A stretch of DNA of 63,758 bases, the filler included, from Aduncisulcus paluster (taxonomy: Eukaryota): NCBI GenBank assembly GCA_024181965.1. It is 5 parts of 5 records of this genome, joined end to end, with 100 filler letters (N's around TTAATTAATTAA, not from the genome) between each part and the next. Parts side by side here need not be neighbours in the genome. Positions count along the whole stretch, not along the records: positions 19,861 to 30,239 come from BQXS01009969.1; positions 30,340 to 48,208 come from BQXS01009970.1; 3 more parts are not named here. One strand, written 5' to 3'. A program made the position numbers and the translations under genes. Below, piece by piece: positions 19,877 to 32,903 of this stretch. Under the pieces are notes generated by a model, which had not been told where the DNA came from, did no database searches, and saw only the letters and a program-made list of their open reading frames with translations. Position 1 is the first letter of the stretch, and each line of letters opens with the position of its first letter.

Positions 19877-22795
19877 ATGGAATGGTTTGAATTTATAAAA
19901 GCTCAAGATAATCAAGATCTTGTTCGACGAGGGATGAAATTGTGGTTTGAACTTGTTTATAAAATTTTTAAGTCAGGTGCACAATTATATAAAAAGCCTT
20001 TACTGGAGTGTGTATTATTTTTCCGATACGACAAACCGCCTCAAGTAATAGATTTCATTGAGACAACTGATTATTCTGAAGCTGAACTAAATGAATCTCT
20101 TGATAAGATTATTAAAGAATATTCTTCTGAATTAGGTTTGAGTGATTTTTATTCTTCGTCTCTTGTCGGAAAGGTTATCAAATGTTTCGATTTGATGGGT
20201 TCCATTGCGGAACATTCGACTGAAATTGAAAAAATCAGTAGGTATTGTCATTTTGGATGTCCATACTTTCTTAAACCTCTTGCTGAATCTCAACAAACGG
20301 AGATTATTGATGCATTAAATGCATATCGCTGTTGGAAGCCACCATCGGAGGTCCTTAGTTTAGTGAAATCAAAATATTGGCTCTTCTTCTTCTTAGGTCG
20401 TGAAAAGATGTATTTTTATGAACTCAAGGCGATATTGGATAGATTCTACAATTTTTTTCTTATATTTCCGAAAATAGATCGAATTAAAATTACTGAGTTT
20501 CTGAAACAGTATTTGCCTTATAAATACGATTCCTTCGCAAAATTGAATATTTTATTATGTTTTGATGAGATTTGTCGTGATACAACTCCTAAAGAGAGGC
20601 AGTTAATGTATGACAAATTTTATGAGGTTGCATGGCAAATTGTTCGTGCGATGGTTAAATTTGGACGCGATCAAGGTATTATGAAAAATGAAATGTATCA
20701 TTCGGATTTGGCAAGCTCAGACTGCATCTCTGTGCGTAAAGCCTACTCAAAATTCGTTTCTTGGATTAGGAGATATAAATTTGAGCGTTTAAAGGATGAT
20801 TCCAAAGTTAATGTTGTTGTTAATTTTTGTAAAAGATTTTTTGTTATCATACCAATATGTCGTCTTCAGCCCATTAACAGATCTCCTTTAAAATTGTATG
20901 AAAAATTTTCAAAGATTTGCCCTCCTTTATCAGATAAAAGAAAAGAATTTTATACTATCCTCTGTGAACTTCCTTCTGTTAAAAATATAAGTTACTCATC
21001 TCTTTTTGAATACTTCATTGAGTATTTTTCGATTTCTATCAAGGAACGAGCCGAATGGCATGATATGGAAGCCAACATGAACAAATTTCTTCCGTATTTA
21101 AATTATTTTAAATGGGACCTTACACATTCAGATGACGAGCTGAAAAATCATCTATCCACAACACATTTTCCTGTTTTAGTCAATGAGAATTTTTTCAATT
21201 CTTCTGTAAGAATTTCTCTCTGTAAATGCGTTCTGATTCTTTACGTTTCTGTCTTTAAAACGAAACATAGTTCTGATCTAAAAAATCAGATAGATAGCCT
21301 GATAAATCAATTCCCTCAATTTAAATTATTATGTGATAAATCACAAGAATTTCACCTATGGTTGACAAAAGAATACTTGAAAGAACTGAAATCTATGCCC
21401 ATTGATTGTTATTCTTCTTGTCTTTGGGCACTCATTCGAATTGGAGAAATTTCAAAACTTCATTTCTCTGAAGTGAAAAAATATAAACAAAACAAAGACT
21501 TCAGAAATTGGATTTTTCATCCTAATAACTCGGAAATCTATCCGATAGTGAGATATTCATCATCCATTTTTTTTCGGACTTGTCAACTAGATTTTGATGA
21601 GACAACAACCAAAACTTATTTTTCTGAAGTGAAAAAATACGTTGATGAAATTTGTAGTCATATGATTGGTTCTTTAAGTTCTTCAAATACACCAATTGAA
21701 TTTATCAATAACTTTAAATCTATTAATCCCTATTCTCGTTTTGCACCTTTTCCTTCAAACGAAATCTCAAATTTATGCCAATTGATAGAGATGTTTGAAG
21801 AAATAATGAAATTCGATTATACGCCTGGACAAAAATATTTCAATTTTCGCCCTCCTCAAGATCGGATTGAGGAGTGGTACGCTGTGAGTACCCTACTAGT
21901 CCAACCTCTTGCGTCAGTACATCCTTTTTCTCGCGTCCCTGATCCTACACGCATGAAAATGATTTTGTTGTTAGATGATTTAAAGAAAAAGTCTCCTTCA
22001 AAGTTCTTAAAAATACAAATGATCTTTCATGCATGCATTGAAATTATTTTTGAACACAAACAAACAATTCAGATTTCGAAAGATATTTTTAATTTATTGG
22101 CCAAGTTCCGTCTTTTTAGTCATCATTGGCGGTTAGATTTGAAATTTCCGAATCTTTTCCCTCATCAACATAAATACCTTGGACAAGCAATAAGATCTTA
22201 TATTTTTGTGGATCATAAATCCGAAGTTGATGCGATGATTGCCCTCTATCTTTTGATTAAAGAACAACTTGTTTTATATTATTCCATTCATGATAAATTT
22301 GAACCTCCACCTCCGATTATCCAGAAACTTTGGAATATTTCCAAAGTTACAAAACAATTCCCTTCAGATCCTTTCTATGTTTCTTGGAAGTGTTTCCAAC
22401 AAAAACCAATTGGTATAGCCATTTATAGAAATGTTGATTTCAACCAAAAATGTATTGCGAGATTTGGCATTTCATTCAAACCAAAGGAAAGAAGAAAGCC
22501 TCTTATAGATAAAGGTCTCAGCGTCATAATTCCCTTCAAATTTAAGGAAAATGATTTAATTCAGTTGAAATTTAAGGAAAATGATATAATTGAGATGAAA
22601 TTTATGGGAAATGTAAAAAGACGGAAGGGGAAAACTCAATTGAAACGAAGAAAGAGGTGGATTATGAAAGGGATATTTCGGGGAATGAAAAAGAAAAGAG
22701 AAAGAAAAAGAAGAAAAAGAAAGGGTTGTAAGCAAAGAAAAGAATTCATGAAAAGAAGCGGTCTAAAAATAATATTTAAAAATATTGGGAAATGA
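19877..22795 (+). CDS. Large hypothetical protein, possibly 5'-partial
   Basis: 972-aa ORF starting at the scaffold edge; F/K/I-rich, no recognisable motif, basic low-complexity tail. Confidence 0.65.
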   Translation: MEWFEFIKAQDNQDLVRRGMKLWFELVYKIFKSGAQLYKKPLLECVLFFRYDKPPQVIDFIETTDYSEAELNESLDKIIKEYSSELGLSDFYSSSLVGKVIKCFDLMGSIAEHSTEIEKISRYCHFGCPYFLKPLAESQQTEIIDALNAYRCWKPPSEVLSLVKSKYWLFFFLGREKMYFYELKAILDRFYNFFLIFPKIDRIKITEFLKQYLPYKYDSFAKLNILLCFDEICRDTTPKERQLMYDKFYEVAWQIVRAMVKFGRDQGIMKNEMYHSDLASSDCISVRKAYSKFVSWIRRYKFERLKDDSKVNVVVNFCKRFFVIIPICRLQPINRSPLKLYEKFSKICPPLSDKRKEFYTILCELPSVKNISYSSLFEYFIEYFSISIKERAEWHDMEANMNKFLPYLNYFKWDLTHSDDELKNHLSTTHFPVLVNENFFNSSVRISLCKCVLILYVSVFKTKHSSDLKNQIDSLINQFPQFKLLCDKSQEFHLWLTKEYLKELKSMPIDCYSSCLWALIRIGEISKLHFSEVKKYKQNKDFRNWIFHPNNSEIYPIVRYSSSIFFRTCQLDFDETTTKTYFSEVKKYVDEICSHMIGSLSSSNTPIEFINNFKSINPYSRFAPFPSNEISNLCQLIEMFEEIMKFDYTPGQKYFNFRPPQDRIEEWYAVSTLLVQPLASVHPFSRVPDPTRMKMILLLDDLKKKSPSKFLKIQMIFHACIEIIFEHKQTIQISKDIFNLLAKFRLFSHHWRLDLKFPNLFPHQHKYLGQAIRSYIFVDHKSEVDAMIALYLLIKEQLVLYYSIHDKFEPPPPIIQKLWNISKVTKQFPSDPFYVSWKCFQQKPIGIAIYRNVDFNQKCIARFGISFKPKERRKPLIDKGLSVIIPFKFKENDLIQLKFKENDIIEMKFMGNVKRRKGKTQLKRRKRWIMKGIFRGMKKKRERKRRKRKGCKQRKEFMKRSGLKIIFKNIGK

Positions 22796-23050
22796 TTAAA
22801 TTCATTTTCTTTCTTTACTTGCCGGTTGGCAACCTACTTGTTAAGCTTCATTACCAAGTTGATATTGTAAGATTGAAATGTTCACCGGATCGGTTCCTTT
22901 TGTCACTGATATTGGCATTTGGACAATTCTGAAATACTGATACTCTGGTTCTTGAGCAATTCTTGCATTGTACTACTCGTGAAATAAAGAGGTTTCATTT
23001 TATACTGTACTATACTGTACTAGTCTATATAGACTATAGAGAATGGGATT

Positions 23051-26000
23051 CTAATATTTGTAGCCAGCTCTTCCACCACTGCTACTTCTCTTCATTCCAG
23101 CCTGGATTGGAGGGAGACCTCGTCCAGATCCCTTTGCCCCATCTGCTGACGATCTTCCAGCAATCTTTGGCCTCCCAGAGGTTGTTCTTGTTCCAGAACG
23201 TTGGACCTGAGCACGAGCGGCCGCTGTGGCACGTGATGAATGTGCGAATGAGCTCTGAGAGGGTGTCCTTGAAGCAGGATCGAACACGGCCACTGTTGGT
23301 TTCCCCGAAGAAAAAACCTTGTTATACATCTCTTCCCTTCCAATTAGTTCTAGACGGAAATATTCTTTTTCTTCAGCAATCTTTCTCATCTCTCCATCCT
23401 TCATTGCTAATGCTTGCTCGAGATTCCGGATTCTTTCGACATCTTCAGGAAGGGAGGATCTTTTGCGCCATTTCTCGGCATGTTCAGCTAATTCGGCCCT
23501 CAAAGCCTCGATTCTAGCATTCAGACTTTCCCTGCCTTCTTTATATTGCTTCAATAAGGAAGATATCTCCAATTCGTGTTCTTTCTCACATTTTCTAATT
23601 TCGGCTTCAAAATCATCCCTCTGTCTGTCCATATCTTTCCTCATCTTGATGATAGTCCGCTCAAGTAAATCAGCATGTTCTTGTTGTTTTTGCATACTTT
23701 CACGTTCCACATCTGCCAATCTTCGTTTCAAAGATTCAACAGTTTCGTTTGTATCAGCAAGACGTGACCTTGTGAGAGATAAATCATTGGATACTTTTTC
23801 CATCTCCACGTCAACTTTCTCTTTATCGCGTTGGAGTTGTCTGATTCTGGTCTCAAGCTCCTCTTTAGTTTGTGAAAGGATAGAATCGTGCTTATCGTTA
23901 AGCTGAGTAATGAGTTGTTCATAGTGTCTCTTTAACCGATCAATCTCTTCCTGTTTCTCACGCTCCAAGCGTTCTCGATGAAGCTTTGAGTCCGACATAG
24001 ATTCCTCCATATCTCTCTTCATATTGGAATACTCAGTTTCTAGTTGACTCAACTGTGTTCTTAGATCATGCTCAATGGTATCCCTTTTCTTCATTTCTTC
24101 ATAATGATCCTTCAAGAACTGTTCCTTTTCAGTCTTCCAGGCTTCTTCCTTGGCCAGCCACTCTCGATTGATACGATCTCTCTCAGAAATCTCAAACTCA
24201 CGTTCTCTCAATCGATCTCCTTCCAAGGTTTCAAGGGATTCTTTGGTGCGTTGCAATAAATTAGAAAGGTCATCTCGTTCCTTGTTTGATTTTCTCAGTT
24301 GCTCTTCAAGCTCTTTTATCCGATCCAAAGCCTTCCTCCTCTCTTCTTCAACTGTACCATGATCTTTCAGGTGTTTGGCTTCATCATCTTTCAACCGCGA
24401 AATGTATTCTTCGTATTCCTCAGTTTTGGCTGCGAGTTTCGAACATTTATCTGTCAATACTTCAATTTGACGCTGCAAATCAGAGTTTACAGCCACTAGT
24501 TTCGTTTTATCCTCCTCAAGTTCAGATAAAGAGGAACTGAGAGAGGATATTTTATCAGTCGATGCGGCAATAGATTGCTCCAATTCTGTTATTTTGGCTT
24601 CCAATTCTGTTTTAATGCGATCAAATTGAGTTCTTTCCAAAGCTCTTCCTTTTCTTTCCTCTTCAAGATCAATTTTGACTTGTTTAAGTTCTTGTTGGAT
24701 GGAAGATGAAGTTTGGGCCGAAGATAACTCAAGATCTTCAATTCTTTTCAATAATTTAGCGTGTTCAGCTCGTAAAATTTCAGATTTTATAATATTATCA
24801 CAATGTTCATCAAGGAGGGTTTCAAATGCGTTATTTTTAAAGGCTCTGAGGGAAAAAAGTTTAGATAATGATTGAAATGTCAACAAAATATTCGATGAAA
24901 TTCCAAAAATAGAATCATACTGACCCTTTTCTTGTTCATTCATGATATCGGTGTGTCCTCGAGGAGTTGAGACTGAAGAATGAGTCTTTGAATGGTGTAC
25001 CTTTTCAGACAATCCATCAAGTATTTTGGAATAAACAGCTTCCTCTTCTTTCCTTGCCCCAAGACCTCGCTCTTGACACGAACTGAGAGATGATTCAATA
25101 ATTGTCAAGACATTCTTCTTCTGTTCGCTTGTCAACGAAGAGAGATCAGGAGAACCACCCATAGCCATTGACCCAGATTCATATTTTTCAGGAACCTTTG
25201 CCATATCACTGCTCATGGTCTCTTCTTGAGCAGTGACAGAGTCAATCTGTTCGTTTATACTGGAGACAAGACCAGAGGTGGAGGTTAGGACATCAGTAAG
25301 AAGAGATGAGACTTGAACACGGCGATCCTCTTCGGCTTTGGCATCACTTTCAAGCTGGGAATTGCGTTCTTTAAGAGATTTTATCGTTGATTTCATCTGA
25401 TCACATTCCTCGAGAAGACGTTCGTTTGTAGCCAGAAGCTCTCTCTCTTTCTCTCCGCTCATCTGGCCTCTCTCACGAAGATCTGACTCAAGGGAATCAA
25501 TACGTTTCTTTGCCTCAGCAAGAGAAGCCTGTAATCTGTCAACGGATGCCTTTTCTTCAACATATTGACGTTTGAGCTCCCCAAGCTCTTGTTGAAGGTC
25601 ATATTCGCTTTGTCGAAGAGTTTCGAGTTCTTTAGTTGCACTGGCAAGCTCTCTTTCACTTCGAATGGCTCGGGACTCACTCTCGTTGCGTTCACGAGCA
25701 TACTGATTGATTTTAATGTCTAATTCTTTGATTTCTTTTCTTCTTTCATCCAATAATGATGTGGCAGATCCAAGATCGGCCAAAGAACGCTGTAATCTGC
25801 TTTGAAGGTCATCTTTTTCCATCGAGAGCTCTCGTTTTAAATCGTCGTATTTTTTTTGTAATTTATCGAAATTTGTTCGCATTAGTCGTATTTTTTCTTC
25901 CTTTAGCCCGAGTTCATGCTGAAGATTGCTTATTTTATCCTGCATTTGAGATGATCCATCACTGAGACTCTGTTCAAGATCTGATATCTTTCCTTGAGCC

Positions 26001-27012
26001 ACTACAAGCATANNNNNNNNNNNNNNNNNNNNATGTCTAATTCTTTGATTTCTTTTCTTCTTTCATCCAATAATGATGTGGCAGATCCAAGATCGGCCAA
26101 AGAACGCTGTAATCTGCTTTGAAGGTCATCTTTTTCCATCGAGAGCTCTCGTTTTAAATCGTCGTATTTTTTTTGTAATTTATCGAAATTTGTTCGCATT
26201 AGTCGTATTTTTTCTTCCTTTAGCCCGAGTTCATGCTGAAGATTGCTTATTTTATCCTGCATTTGAGATGATCCATCACTGAGACTCTGTTCAAGATCTG
26301 ATATCTTTCCTTGAGCCACTACAAGCATATCTTTAAGTGATTCAATCTCCTTTTGCTGTTTATCTTCGTTGAGAGATGATTTACCAAGAGCATCACGAAG
26401 GAGCTCGATCTCAGAAGTGTATTTCCTTTCTTGTTCGTCGAACTTCTTGTTGAAGTTTATAATGCTCTGTCGGAGTTCTTCTTCAAATTGGGCAGCCTGG
26501 GATTGATATTTATCCTTGGCATCAGTCATCATGGACAAGGAAGCATCAAGCTCAGTAACTTTCGCTTTCAGGGATCCATTCTCTTTTGTTAACATTGCAG
26601 ACTGATCCAACGCACTCTTGTATGAACCATCGAGGGAATCAACACGCTGTTGCAATTCAAGCAGTCTCTTGTTGGCCATTTTCTTCATTTGTAGTAAATT
26701 TTCAGAGGCCCGTTTCTGAACTTCTTGAAGCCGCGTTTCAAACTCCTCTTTTTCTTTGTCATGCTGGGCAATGATTGAAGAAAATTTATCAGCAGCAATT
26801 ACTACTTTTTTCCTTCGTTCGACTTCTTCCTTATATCTTGAAATTTTAGAGGCGGCATCGGTCATTATTTGATCAATTTGAGCTTCATAAGCAGAAGCAA
26901 GAGAATCTAAATCTGCGTCATGATCTTCATTTCTTGTATTTAGCTGATAAACAACTTTTGTCAACTGAGCGACTTTCTTGCTTAATAAATATGTAATTCT
27001 AGAGTCACTCAT
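23051..27012 (-). CDS. FAM184-like coiled-coil protein (one gene split by a gap with ~300 bp duplicated overlap)
   Basis: N-terminal LLSKKVAQLTKVVYQLNTRNEDHD and C-terminal LELIGREEMYNKVF match FAM184 family motifs; 25718-26012 is repeated at 26033-26329. Confidence 0.85.
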
Positions 27013-27245
27013 TTCTTTTGTAGAAATTTATGAATAAAATATTACTAATGAGCTTGAATTATAATCGTATTTCGCTCAAAAATATAAAAAAAAGTTCCAG
27101 AACGGAATACAAAATATTTGGAAATATTTATTAATTGAATTCAATTGTATCAATATTGAAACAATAAAAATGCTTTAAATATGGTGATAAATTTAAGAAA
27201 TACTGTTGAAATGTTAATATGCTTACAATATGGAAATTAAGAGGT

Positions 27246-27866
27246 TTATAAGCCACTAGAGTCAATATCTTTCCTTTTATCGTCAATAAAATCTTGTGCC
27301 CTATCATAAATAGCTCCGCATTCAAAAGATGATAAGACACGTTCCATGTCTCGACACGACATGTCTCGTTTGATATGAGCAGAATTAACAACAACTGATC
27401 GTTTAAGTCTTTGGATTTCATCTAATGCAATTGTTAGCATCTGTTGCAATTCTTTAATCTGTGTTTGTTGCTGGGCTACAGTGCTTTCAAGTCTGGAGAC
27501 TACCTCGATAGAAGGTTCAGAAATTTTTGATTCAGAATGAGGGAGAGTACAAAGGGTATCGAATTTCTTCTCAAGACGATTAATTCTGCTCTGCATGGTA
27601 CTTGTTTCGCCGAGTAAAATTTGCGCAAGATGTAATGTCTGAAGTGGCTTCCCCGATGAAGAAACTGTATCGCGTTCCATTGGCTCTTTCTTAACGGGTT
27701 CTTTCAATTCGGGCGAAATTACATCGCTTTTAGAAGGATCCGAGTCACTTTGTAGTCCTGAACTTGAATTTGGACATAAATCAACCATTTCCTGAAAAAG
27801 TGATTGAGTCTTCATAATATCTTTTTTTATATCCTTTGATGTTCTGATTTTAGACGATGAAGACAT
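27246..27866 (-). CDS. Hypothetical coiled-coil protein
   Basis: 206-aa ATG ORF with AT-rich flanks. Confidence 0.65.
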   Translation of the reverse strand: MSSSSKIRTSKDIKKDIMKTQSLFQEMVDLCPNSSSGLQSDSDPSKSDVISPELKEPVKKEPMERDTVSSSGKPLQTLHLAQILLGETSTMQSRINRLEKKFDTLCTLPHSESKISEPSIEVVSRLESTVAQQQTQIKELQQMLTIALDEIQRLKRSVVVNSAHIKRDMSCRDMERVLSSFECGAIYDRAQDFIDDKRKDIDSSGL

Positions 27867-28105
27867 ATTTAATATCTTAGGGTGACCAATATTGACATTT
27901 GTTTAGTGATTAGCCGTAATTGATGGTTTCTATTTATAAAAATGATATAAATCGGATTATTATTGATAATAAAAATCATGGATTGTTTTAACATAATTGA
28001 ATAAAAGTCAATTCCCATTTTATCTCAAAATTGGTGTTTTTGCTACCATTGTAAGCAATACACAATCTTTTCAGATTCATATTTTCTTAATATTTCTTGT
28101 TTGAT

Positions 28106-30239
28106 ATGGATGAAAAAGCTCATGACGATTTCGATGATCATTTCGACTATGAGCTCTTTCAAAGTCTCTTTGAGATGACTTTTCAATCATCTGAAAGCAA
28201 AATTGGACATGTTATTGAACATTTTTTAAGTGCTATGTCTACTGCTGCTCTGTTAGGACCCAGTTTAATCACATCATTAGATCTTCGACCAATGCAATTT
28301 ACCCACCAACAAATTCGTGAAGGAATCATTCCTTTACTGCGTTCATTCCCTAATCTTGAGCGTTTAAAGATTAATTGTAAACCAGAAAATTCTTTCCATC
28401 ATATTATTGGAATTTGTGATATTTATCTTTTCCTTCTTGATCGTCTTGAAGAGGGTCAATCCAGTTTGGGTTTAGATATTAAACGAACATTTGGATTTGA
28501 TTTCACTCGTGGGAAAATTCCACAGATTATTGACAGGGAGATAGATCTGTCCAAAATTGGCGATGTGACAAGCTTTTTTGATCCAGAGAACATAAAATTG
28601 TCACAAGATGGATCCCCATGTGACTTGAAATACATTAGATATATCATTTCCACGATTAGAAGGATATTTATCGGGAGATCTGTGCGTAGACGTGCACAAG
28701 CTACGGTTAGGCCTCGAAAAAGGGCGGTTGGAAGAGATTCACTTCAACAATCTTCCGAATCACTTTCTCAACGTTCTTCTAATAATAGAACTAGACAGAG
28801 GCGTGGATTATCAATGTCAACGATGAGTCCTCCCAATATTGTGCAATCTGCTCATGGATCCGAGCATATTCATCAACTTGAACTGATTGAACAAGAGAGA
28901 GAAAGAGAAGGAGAGTGGGAGAGAGCACGAGGAAGAGGTCGAGCAAGAGGTTTATCTGTTGCAAGCGTTGATTTAGTGCCAAAGGAAGAGATTGGTGAGA
29001 ATAATGTGGTTCCGATTGAACGATCTTCTTCAGAATCGATCCTCCCCTCATCCCCCAGAACATTCCCTCTTGGAGGTATTCCTCCCTCCTCTTCTTTCTC
29101 ATTCAGTCCCCATTTCAATCCTCAAATGTCCCCACCAAAATTTTCACAAGATATTGATAACCAGCACTTGGAAATTATTTCAAAGGAAGAGGAAGAAAGA
29201 GAAGAAGAAGAAAAGGAGGAAACTGATCGACATGGAATCCATATACCATCAGAACCATCCATCTTGTCCTCCTCCTCTTCTGACTCTTCCTCCTCCTCTA
29301 TCACCCCGCTCCATGACATAATATTTCTTCTTCAATGTATATTCTATCATTGTGATGTCTATATTGACACTAATCAGACAATTCAGAGAAAGAACTTCCT
29401 ATTGCTTGCTAATAGGATGACAGAACGAGCTCAAGGGTATTGCGAGAGCTTTGGAAAACTACGTATGCCAGATCCAAGAGCTCAGGCCATTGAAGATCTC
29501 CAGTGTTTTGTTGAGCATGTTGCTTACGTATCATACTTTTCATATGAACAGTTTCATACTCATCATTCTTCTTCCTCGGGGTCTTCTTCCTCTTCTCCAA
29601 CTTCTTACACTTATATCGACCATTCCATGTGTCCAATTTCTGGTCTTTTGCTCCAGTTGCTTATCCCTATCTATGAATACACACGGGTTGGTGAGCTTGA
29701 ATTCTTTGGGAATAACATAACGACATCCAGCCACTGTGTTTCTATTATTAGAACATTATTCAGACATGGGTCACACTCTCCACACTCGAACCTTCTCAGC
29801 ATTATCAAAAAGATCACAATCCATGCAAATATGAACAGTCACGAAACTCTGGAGTGTATTCGAGAATGTGTCCAGTGTTTTCCCAATATAGAACAAGCCT
29901 TCGGTGTGACGTTGAGCGATTCTGATTCCTCAAGATTTCGATTTCGATCTGATCTTAAAGTTCGTGCCAACCTCAAATACCTTGAAACTGTTGCTCGTTC
30001 TGTGAATGAATCGATCGGTTGCATACCATACGATCGGTTTGAATGTGAGAGTCAGCGTTCAAGGTCACTTCGGAGATTGAAGAGAAGAGATGAGCGTGGG
30101 TGGAAAGACAATGAGTGGGGCAGTGAAGGAGAGGAGGAAGAAGGAGGAAGGAAAGAAGGAGGAAGGAAAGAAGGGAGGGGAGAAAAAGAAAGAAAGGGGT
30201 TGACTCATTCTCATTGCTCCCATAACAGATGTCCTATCA
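28106..30239 (+). CDS. Hypothetical protein with degenerate LRR-like segments and low-complexity inserts, 3'-truncated
   Basis: >700-aa ORF; LITSLDL, FPNLERLKI, LEFFGNNI. Confidence 0.7.
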
Positions 30240-30339
30240 NNNNNNNNNNNNNNNNNNNNNNNNNNNNNNNNNNNNNNNNNNNNTTAATTAATTAANNNNN
30301 NNNNNNNNNNNNNNNNNNNNNNNNNNNNNNNNNNNNNNN
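30240..30339. other. Artificial scaffold linker
   Basis: N-TTAATTAATTAA-N. Confidence 0.97.
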
Positions 30340-30864
30340 GATCCAGTTTCTCTATAATGGCGCCATAATGAGGTGAATAATCATTGCAACTCCCTTTAAA
30401 AGCTTGAAGCTCATACTCAGTTCGGCAGAACTTGCCATCCATGCAGACTCTGCATCAATGATCGGATCATTGATTTATCTCAAGACTTGAGACTCAAGTC
30501 TCTGGTCAAAAGCTAGCTTAAAGAATCGTATTCTCTTTTAGAGACTCTTAAACACCACAACTTTCAATTGTTTTCTCAAATACAGTGCATTCGGGCGGTA
30601 AGGACTTTCACGTTAGTTAATTTTAACCCCCCCCTCAGATAGATCGACAGAAATATCCAGATTACTGACTTCGTTGTTTAATTTGGAAAAGATTGGTAAA
30701 GTTATAACTGGCATCACCAGGAGGGTTTACTTCTTGACAATGAATCTGCTGAGAATAAAAGAATATCGTTGCAAAAATATTCAACAAACCGAGACGAAAG
30801 AACCTTAAATTTTGTCACATATTTGTGTTATCAGCGATAATGAATGAAAACAAACATTGACATT

Positions 30865-30893
30865 TTCTATTTTTAGAAATTCTATTTTTAGAA
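30865..30893. promoter_or_regulatory. Tandem pair of TTCTATTTTTAGAA motifs (MEF2/MADS-type core CTA(W)4TAG), 15-bp period
   Basis: The same paired motif recurs at 62809-62837 and 63084-63112; function inferred. Confidence 0.4.
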
Positions 30894-31162
30894 ATCAAGA
30901 AAACTCAAATGTCTTAAAATCGACAAATATTCAATAATATCATTTTTTAAACTCTTCAAAAACACCATTTTCACCAAACCCACCACTTTCAAATTCCCCA
31001 TTGTAAATTCCTAAAAAATGTTGCATTAATGCATTGAAATTCAGTCCCGTGGTTTCAATATTAAGGTGAAATATTTCTATAAAACCTCTCTCCACCCGAA
31101 AATATAACATGAATAAGCCTTTTCTCACATAATCATGTCGATCTTGAGAATCACCACTGATT

Positions 31163-32566
31163 CTAAAGGTTATCTCGGAGAATTGGCAACATGAAACAGA
31201 TCTTTGTATTTGCTTGATTCGGATAATGGCAAACAACCTTCAAAATGTTTGGGAAAAAAGTGAGTTCACATTTGCTGGCATTTTTCAAACCACTCATGGC
31301 ATTTGACAACAATTTCCACTCATAGCGGAAACAAAAATCTTGCTTTGCCCTCGAAGGTCCAATATAATGCCCAATTCCAGAAGCTATTGCACGCTTCCCT
31401 TCTTTTGTTGATAGTCCAGGAATAGAAACTGAGAAAGAAACATCCCTTCCCTCACAACTCAATAAAAGACGTCTAACAGGTTTATACAAGGAATCCCCTG
31501 TATATTTCTTTGTTTCTCCTTCCTCCTCCTCGTCAAGTTCATGTGTATCCTCCTCCTCTTCCTCCTCTTTCCTTCCCTCTCCTTTCACAGCAACGGAATG
31601 TGACGAATGTTCCACTTCACAAGTTATCGTGACAAATGGTTGGGACCCATCAAAGGATGAAAACACGGCAATGAGGCTCTGCGGACGAATACTCATCATG
31701 CCGACAATCGGAGAGGTGGATGAAATATCTCCCTTCCATCCACGCTTATCAGCACCAACACTAACGGGATGGAGTTGAGGAAGAATGGATGACGTGGAAG
31801 CCACGGGTTGTGTGGATGACCCTTTTGGGTGGGGATAATCCCTGACAGATGAGACATCCTTCTCCAATCTACCAGCAAGAGGATGAAGAGCATTGGAGCC
31901 GAATATCTCACCTTGTCCACCAATAAACATCCCACCCATACCACTGACATGCGTTGTTACATGTGCTGTTGCATGTGCATTCACAGAATCGGACTCAACA
32001 TCCCTATCACTCATCAAGAAACTAATGACATCCTGGGAATGAATCCATTCCAGTTGTGTAGAGGAAGATAGAGATTCAGATGTCGCCTTTGATGTGGTTG
32101 AAATACCAGACCCACGACCAGTGGCACCACTAACACTCAATACGAATGAAAGGGCGAGAGTGAGACTCAAGAGAGAAACACAGGCAGGTTTCGTGAGGAC
32201 AGGGCTAATAGATTGAGGAGTCATGGATTGTAATGTGATCGGTTGCTCATTTTTCCCAGCCTCTTCAATTTCGAGTTCTTGAATTATTTCAATAGAGCTC
32301 TGCTCTCCGTCAAGTTCCATAGAAGTCGTTATTGGAATAGATGCAGACATGGTCATTGTATTAAATATATTACAAGAGAAGACAAGAGCTTTATGAGTAT
32401 CCATTTGTTGAATAAATATGGTAACTAATTGAGATTTGTGCCTATGACATGATAATGCCAACGTTTTTAATGTATCTAGAATCAAAGCCCCATGGTATGT
32501 TTTAAAACTATAATGGATAACTTGTTCATCATCAACTTCTATTGTAGCTGGGGCTGTTTCATCCAT
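31163..32566 (-). CDS. Rad1/Rec1-like 9-1-1 checkpoint clamp subunit (PCNA fold) with long inserts
   Basis: N-terminal strand-helix YSFKT..LILDTLKTLAL; mid MSIRPQSLIAVFSSFD..VTIT; C-terminal FRYEWKLLSNAMSGLKNASKCELTF..ILKV..KICFMLP resembles the Rad1 C-terminus. Confidence 0.55.
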   Translation of the reverse strand: MDETAPATIEVDDEQVIHYSFKTYHGALILDTLKTLALSCHRHKSQLVTIFIQQMDTHKALVFSCNIFNTMTMSASIPITTSMELDGEQSSIEIIQELEIEEAGKNEQPITLQSMTPQSISPVLTKPACVSLLSLTLALSFVLSVSGATGRGSGISTTSKATSESLSSSTQLEWIHSQDVISFLMSDRDVESDSVNAHATAHVTTHVSGMGGMFIGGQGEIFGSNALHPLAGRLEKDVSSVRDYPHPKGSSTQPVASTSSILPQLHPVSVGADKRGWKGDISSTSPIVGMMSIRPQSLIAVFSSFDGSQPFVTITCEVEHSSHSVAVKGEGRKEEEEEEDTHELDEEEEGETKKYTGDSLYKPVRRLLLSCEGRDVSFSVSIPGLSTKEGKRAIASGIGHYIGPSRAKQDFCFRYEWKLLSNAMSGLKNASKCELTFFPNILKVVCHYPNQANTKICFMLPILRDNL

Positions 32567-32903
32567 TGCCAAAATATAAACTATTTATGATATAAAGATG
32601 TAATATTTAAGAAATACGATATATTGTACAAGAAAGACGAAAAATTGAGATTCTAATATTTCGCGAAGCCTTCCAAAGTGATATTATTCCACCAAGCTCC
32701 CGAATAGGATCAGAATACTTTTAATAGGATTTCAAAAATACATTTAATTGATTTGACGATGCAGTCCTATATATTAATTAATGATATTATCACATAGAAT
32801 ACCGAGAAGTGAGTGAAACAAATTTCAATAGCTCATATTCATGGCCATAATGCCATTTCCCAGCGAGTGTGATATAATAAAAATTAATTGGATATTTATT
32901 GAC

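Noticed and set aside
25718-26329. Apparent tandem duplications in FAM184-like, and similarly at ICMT and the aminopeptidase
   Set aside because: Each duplicate flanks an N gap, so these are unmerged contig overlaps or haplotypes
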